Made by a program: the position numbers and the translations under genes. A stretch of 64,000 nucleotides of DNA from contig JAPETS010000007.1 in NCBI GenBank assembly GCA_026023565.1, positions 806,001-870,000 on the forward strand, given 5' to 3'. The notes beneath the pieces were generated by a model. It had not been told where the DNA came from, searched no databases, and worked only from the letters and a program-made list of their open reading frames with translations. Source of the stretch: Cirrosporium novae-zelandiae (taxonomy: Eukaryota). Below, piece after piece: positions 59,820 to 64,000 of the stretch; within the stretch, counting starts at the first letter, position 1; every line of letters starts with the position of its first letter.

Positions 59820-60371
59820 CTAGCTATAGCTACCTAGGTACATTAGATAGATATACAATCCATTAATTATCTAGTAGATGCTGTTATAAAATTTATACTA
59901 TTATATGTATATTGGAATTCTGCACTACGGAGGAAGAAGAAGAAGAAGAAGAAGACACACGAAACCCCGAATTGAATTCATTCTCATTCTAATCACCATA
60001 TATCTAGGTAGACTAAGTAAATAGATCCCCAATTCCTCTTCTTCTCCCTTCCAATATATCCCTACATCCACCCTTCCACCATACATACCATACAAATAAA
60101 AGATCTAAAATAAATAACCCATGAATATCGTTATCCCCCTCCCCCAATATATACCTAGGTACACAAGTAAACATACTCGAATACTTATGACATATTACAA
60201 ATCCCCCCCTCCCTTGACCCCCTGGACCCCTTAGTCTAACCCCCGCAATTCGCAATCCACAACCCACAATTACGATTATAATTATTACCAATCCCCCCCC
60301 CTTCTCCTGTTCCCTCCTCTCATATACCTTCTTTAAAAAAAACAAAAAAAACAAAAAAATATCGCATTCCA

Positions 60372-60381
60372 ATGACGTCAT
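60372..60381. promoter_or_regulatory. CYS3/MetR-type (or ATF/CRE) bZIP site
   Basis: Palindromic ATGACGTCAT about 690 bp upstream of the AsaB-like gene, with a second partial copy ATGACGTAC just downstream. Confidence 0.4.
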
Positions 60382-61068
60382 ACATTCATGACGTACTTTA
60401 GTACATTGGTACATACCCCCTCCAAAAACCCCCCACCAAAAAAAAAAAGGAAGGAAGCGAAAAAATCACATCTTCAGGGTCTGGTATTGCGTGCGAACTT
60501 TTTTTTAATCCTTTCTTCTTTTTCCAAGAAGGAAGCCTGCTTCGGAAGGGAATTTGGTTTTAAAACGGGGGGGGGGGGGTTTGAATTATTATTATTAATG
60601 GAATTCATTCTAATTCATTCGTTCAAGGGGGATTTCAAATCGGGTGTCGGGGTCCGGGACCCGAGGGTTTGGGGGTTCTGATGGTAATAGTAGTGGACTG
60701 TGTGTGTGTGTGTGGATTAGTATTTGTTTGATTAGTTAACTCGTGTTAGTATGGGTTTGCTTTGTTAATATGGTTGTATTTTGTGGGGGAAGCTTATTTT
60801 TTTTTTTATTCTTTTGTTATTAATGATGCGGTGGATGGGGGTATATAAATACGAGAGGGGAGAACGTAACTTAAGTGTATAAGTAGAGAGAAAGGGAAAG
60901 TGAAAGTGTGATATTTAAATTTTTTATATTTTTGTACCTTTGAAGTGGTTTTTTGGAATTGAGAGAGATAAGAAAGGATAAGAAAGGAAAAAAAGAGAAT
61001 TGATTTTGGTTTATTATCTATCTATATTGATCCATTTATCTATCCCATCCTCTTCATTCACATAAAAA

Positions 61069-62088
61069 ATGGCCGCCTCGACCCAAACAACAACCACCAC
61101 CACCACCACTCTCCCCACTCCATCCTCCCTCCACCTCACCACCCCCCAACCCCACAACGTCCACACAACCCTGCACTACCTAGTCCCCCCTCCCCCCAAC
61201 CAAGCCCCCCCACCAACCTACGTCAACCGTCCCGAAACCTACGCCCGTCCCAGCGACGACGTCGAGGTTCTAATCCACGACATCCGCGGCCACGAGGACG
61301 AATTCACTTTGGATAAAAATGGATTTCAGATCCATAGGCATGTGAGTGGGGAGAAGGAGTTTTTGGATGGAGAAGAAACAAAAGGGGATTGGGTGGGGGA
61401 GTATTATGGGGAGGTTGAGAGGTTGCTTATGGATGTGTACGTTGTTTTTTTTTTGATTTTTTTTGTTTTGGGGGTTTGGGATGCATGGATTTATGCTTAC
61501 CGTTATGTTTTTTTGGGATATAGGACCGGAGCTTCCAAAATCGTTATTTTCGATCATACTATCCGCCGCAATCCCGAGGATAGCAGAACCAAAGCCAATT
61601 CCCCCGAGGGTCCTCCGCTACGTGGGCCCGTCCACCGTGTACACATCGATCAGACCCCTCAAGCCTCCCGGAACCGCGTCGCCAGCCACTTACCCCCCGA
61701 GGACGTCGCCAAATATCTCGCCGGCCGCCATCAGATCATCAATGTCTGGCGGCCGATCCGCACGGTGATGCGGGACCCGCTCGGCATCGCGGATGCTCGA
61801 TCCGTTCCCGATAAGGATCTTGTTCCGGTTGGGTTGATATATCCGAATCGGAAGGGGGAGACTTATGGGGTGCTAAGAGGGGATGATGGGGCGCACAAGT
61901 GGTATTATAAGAGCTATATGAGTCCCGAGGAGGTGATTTTGATCAAGTGTTATGATTCCAAGGATGATGGGAGGGCGAAGAGGGTTCCGCATACGGCGTT
62001 TGTAGATCCTGGGGCTGATAATGAGGGTCCTGGGAGGGAGAGTATTGAGGTTAGGGCTTTGGTGTTGACGCCGGAGGATACTGAGTAG
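61069..62088 (+). CDS. AsaB/CmcJ/GA4-desaturase-family oxidoreductase
   Basis: IHDIRG…FTLDKNGF, FDHTIRR, VHIDQT, INVWRPI, PLGIADARS, WYYKSYMSPEEV, KCYDS, PHTAF and RESIEVR. Intron 61437-61523. Confidence 0.88.
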   Translation: MAASTQTTTTTTTTLPTPSSLHLTTPQPHNVHTTLHYLVPPPPNQAPPPTYVNRPETYARPSDDVEVLIHDIRGHEDEFTLDKNGFQIHRHVSGEKEFLDGEETKGDWVGEYYGEVERLLMDVYVVFFLIFFVLGVWDAWIYAYRYVFLGYRTGASKIVIFDHTIRRNPEDSRTKANSPEGPPLRGPVHRVHIDQTPQASRNRVASHLPPEDVAKYLAGRHQIINVWRPIRTVMRDPLGIADARSVPDKDLVPVGLIYPNRKGETYGVLRGDDGAHKWYYKSYMSPEEVILIKCYDSKDDGRAKRVPHTAFVDPGADNEGPGRESIEVRALVLTPEDTE

Positions 62089-62774
62089 AGGGAGTGACGT
62101 TTTTGGCTGTTGTTGGATGTTTTTTTCGATTAGACTAAACTCTTTTAGGCATTCGTTTTGTTTTCTAGTTGTCTTAGTTGATGATAATTCATGCTCGTTA
62201 TTTTCAAAAAAGCAAGCACCTGAGAGATGAACACTGATACCAGGATGAACAATCACTAGCGCTCTTAGGAATCAAACCCAACCTGGTATTCATGGCATTC
62301 AACACTGAGGCGTTATCTATGCTAGTCAGAATATGAGTTTGTAGAAATGATGCAGCCAAGGCTCGTACATGAACCAATAGAATGAACGGAAATCAGATTC
62401 ATCAGCAAGCCATCCGGAATCGTTTGCGTCCTTAAGAATAGGTAAGAAAGATGCACCTAAATTTAGGTGCAGCACGTTTGTCTGATAACTTTGTCTGATG
62501 TTGACTATTCCAGAGTACGACTGGTATCTCAATCCACCTATGTACTGTACTGTACATTCGTACATGAAGCAAAACTGATGTGCTACTTCAACCCATGCAA
62601 TTGCGTTATCCCAACGGTTGACGAACTCCCCAGCTCTCGATTGCGTGCTTAACAGAGAAAAAACGACTAGAGCTGCCAATTTTCACGCTGTAGATAAAGT
62701 GCATCCATAGCTACAGTAGATAGGAAGAAATTCGCGATTCTGGATATGATAGTCCTTGTTTTGGGTAAATAAAT

Positions 62775-64000
62775 ATGGCACAATTCCTGAACCACATATA
62801 TAAGAAAGTCTTCTCCACAGTGCACAATAGCAAGGAGAATGTTCCAATAAATGCTAACGACAACAAGAAACGCGTCGCCATAATTGGTGCAGGTGTCAGT
62901 GGTGTTGCAGGTGCCGCACATTTAAAAGCCGCAGGGATCGATGTGGTGGTGTTTGAGAGAAATAGCGTTGCCGGTGGGGTTTGGTAGGTGATTTCTCTTT
63001 AATCGTCTTGATTCTTCAAACATTATCTTCTGGAAAGAGTGTAATATAAAACATATGAACTAATAAATTCGGTTGAATAAAGGGTCTTTGACGAGAGAAA
63101 GCCCATCGAGCCACCCTACCCTTCTGTGGATGCTTCTTTACCAGAAAGTGAATATCCTGGTCAATGGGGTGATAATGCCGTAAAAGAAAGTGCGCCTACT
63201 GATGGGTACGATATTGATGAAGTCAATCTTCGGCATGCACCCCCTGGGTTTGTGTGCTCCCCCCTCTGTAAAGTCGTTAATATTGATAATGTGCAAGGCC
63301 TTGCTATGCAAGTCTTATGAATAATATATCCACACCTCTACTACAATTGAAGGTCAACTCGTTCCCACCTAAAACACCTGATTATGTCAACCATAAGGTG
63401 CTGGAAGAATATATTCAGGACACCGCACAAAAAACAGGAGTGGATGAGCTAATTTTATATAATACTAACGTGGATAATGCGGAGAAGGAGGACGGGAAAT
63501 GGTGGCTTTCAACAAGCACATTGAAGAGTGGAAAGAAGGTTGCACAGAATTGGGTTAGTGGACCCTATTTGATTAAGGGTATTGACGATTGATTTCATGG
63601 CTCTTCATATAGAAGTTTGATACGCTCGTCATCGCTTCGGGGCATTATCATGCATGCAATGTCCCTGATATACCCGGATTATCAGAGTGGAAGGCAAGGT
63701 GGCCAGAAAGGATCCAACATTCCAAGGGATACAGAAGACCTCTAGAGTTCAAGGATAAGGTCTGTTTCCTTTCATGGTTCCTGAAGAATGAACCATCTAA
63801 TCTGACACTGGGCTGTATGATGTAGAACGTCCTCCTTATAGGGGCAGGGGTTTCATCGACGGACATTGCTCGAGATGTCGCCCCAATTGCAAATCAGATT
63901 TACCAAGTCTCTCGCAATGGTCCTTTTGACCTACCTGCTAGCTTTCTTCCAGTTGGTGCAACACGCATTGGGGAGATTGCATCATTCGAGAAGCCTCCTG
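62775..64000 (+). CDS. Flavin-containing monooxygenase (FMO, thiol-specific-like), runs off the window end
   Basis: VAIIGAGVSG…FERNSVAGGVW, PCYASLMNN, ASGHY…PDIPG, HSKGYR and NVLLIGAGVSSTDIARD across five exons. Confidence 0.88.

Overview
Eukaryotic DNA from a filamentous ascomycete, judged by short GT-AG introns with CTRAC-type branch sites, Zn2Cys6 regulators and AT-rich, microsatellite-rich spacers. About 23 protein-coding loci are recognisable. The main finding is a compact three-gene cluster at 10.1-16.5 kb. It encodes a secreted, intronless beta-lactamase-fold hydrolase resembling Bacillus AmiE/YbbE, an UNC-93/DUF895 (NGT1/NOPE1-like) MFS transporter, and a divergently transcribed four-exon gene that fuses a MurQ MurNAc-6-phosphate etherase to a BadF/MurK/NAGK-type amino-sugar kinase. 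Together these look like a fungal pathway for scavenging N-acetylmuramic acid from bacterial peptidoglycan. Other content: a mucin-like Ser/Thr-rich protein, a DUF6604-like protein, two Zn2Cys6 TFs, an expansin-like protein, a metallo-beta-lactamase-fold hydrolase, a kievitone-hydratase-like protein, a LaeA-like methyltransferase, a GMC oxidase, a thaumatin-like protein, a small secreted orphan and a decayed NACHT/TPR/ZZ gene. A possible sulfur-scavenging block (MFS, Met permease, AsaB-like oxygenase, FMO) carries CYS3/MetR-type sites. All family assignments come from motifs recognised by eye; no searches were run.
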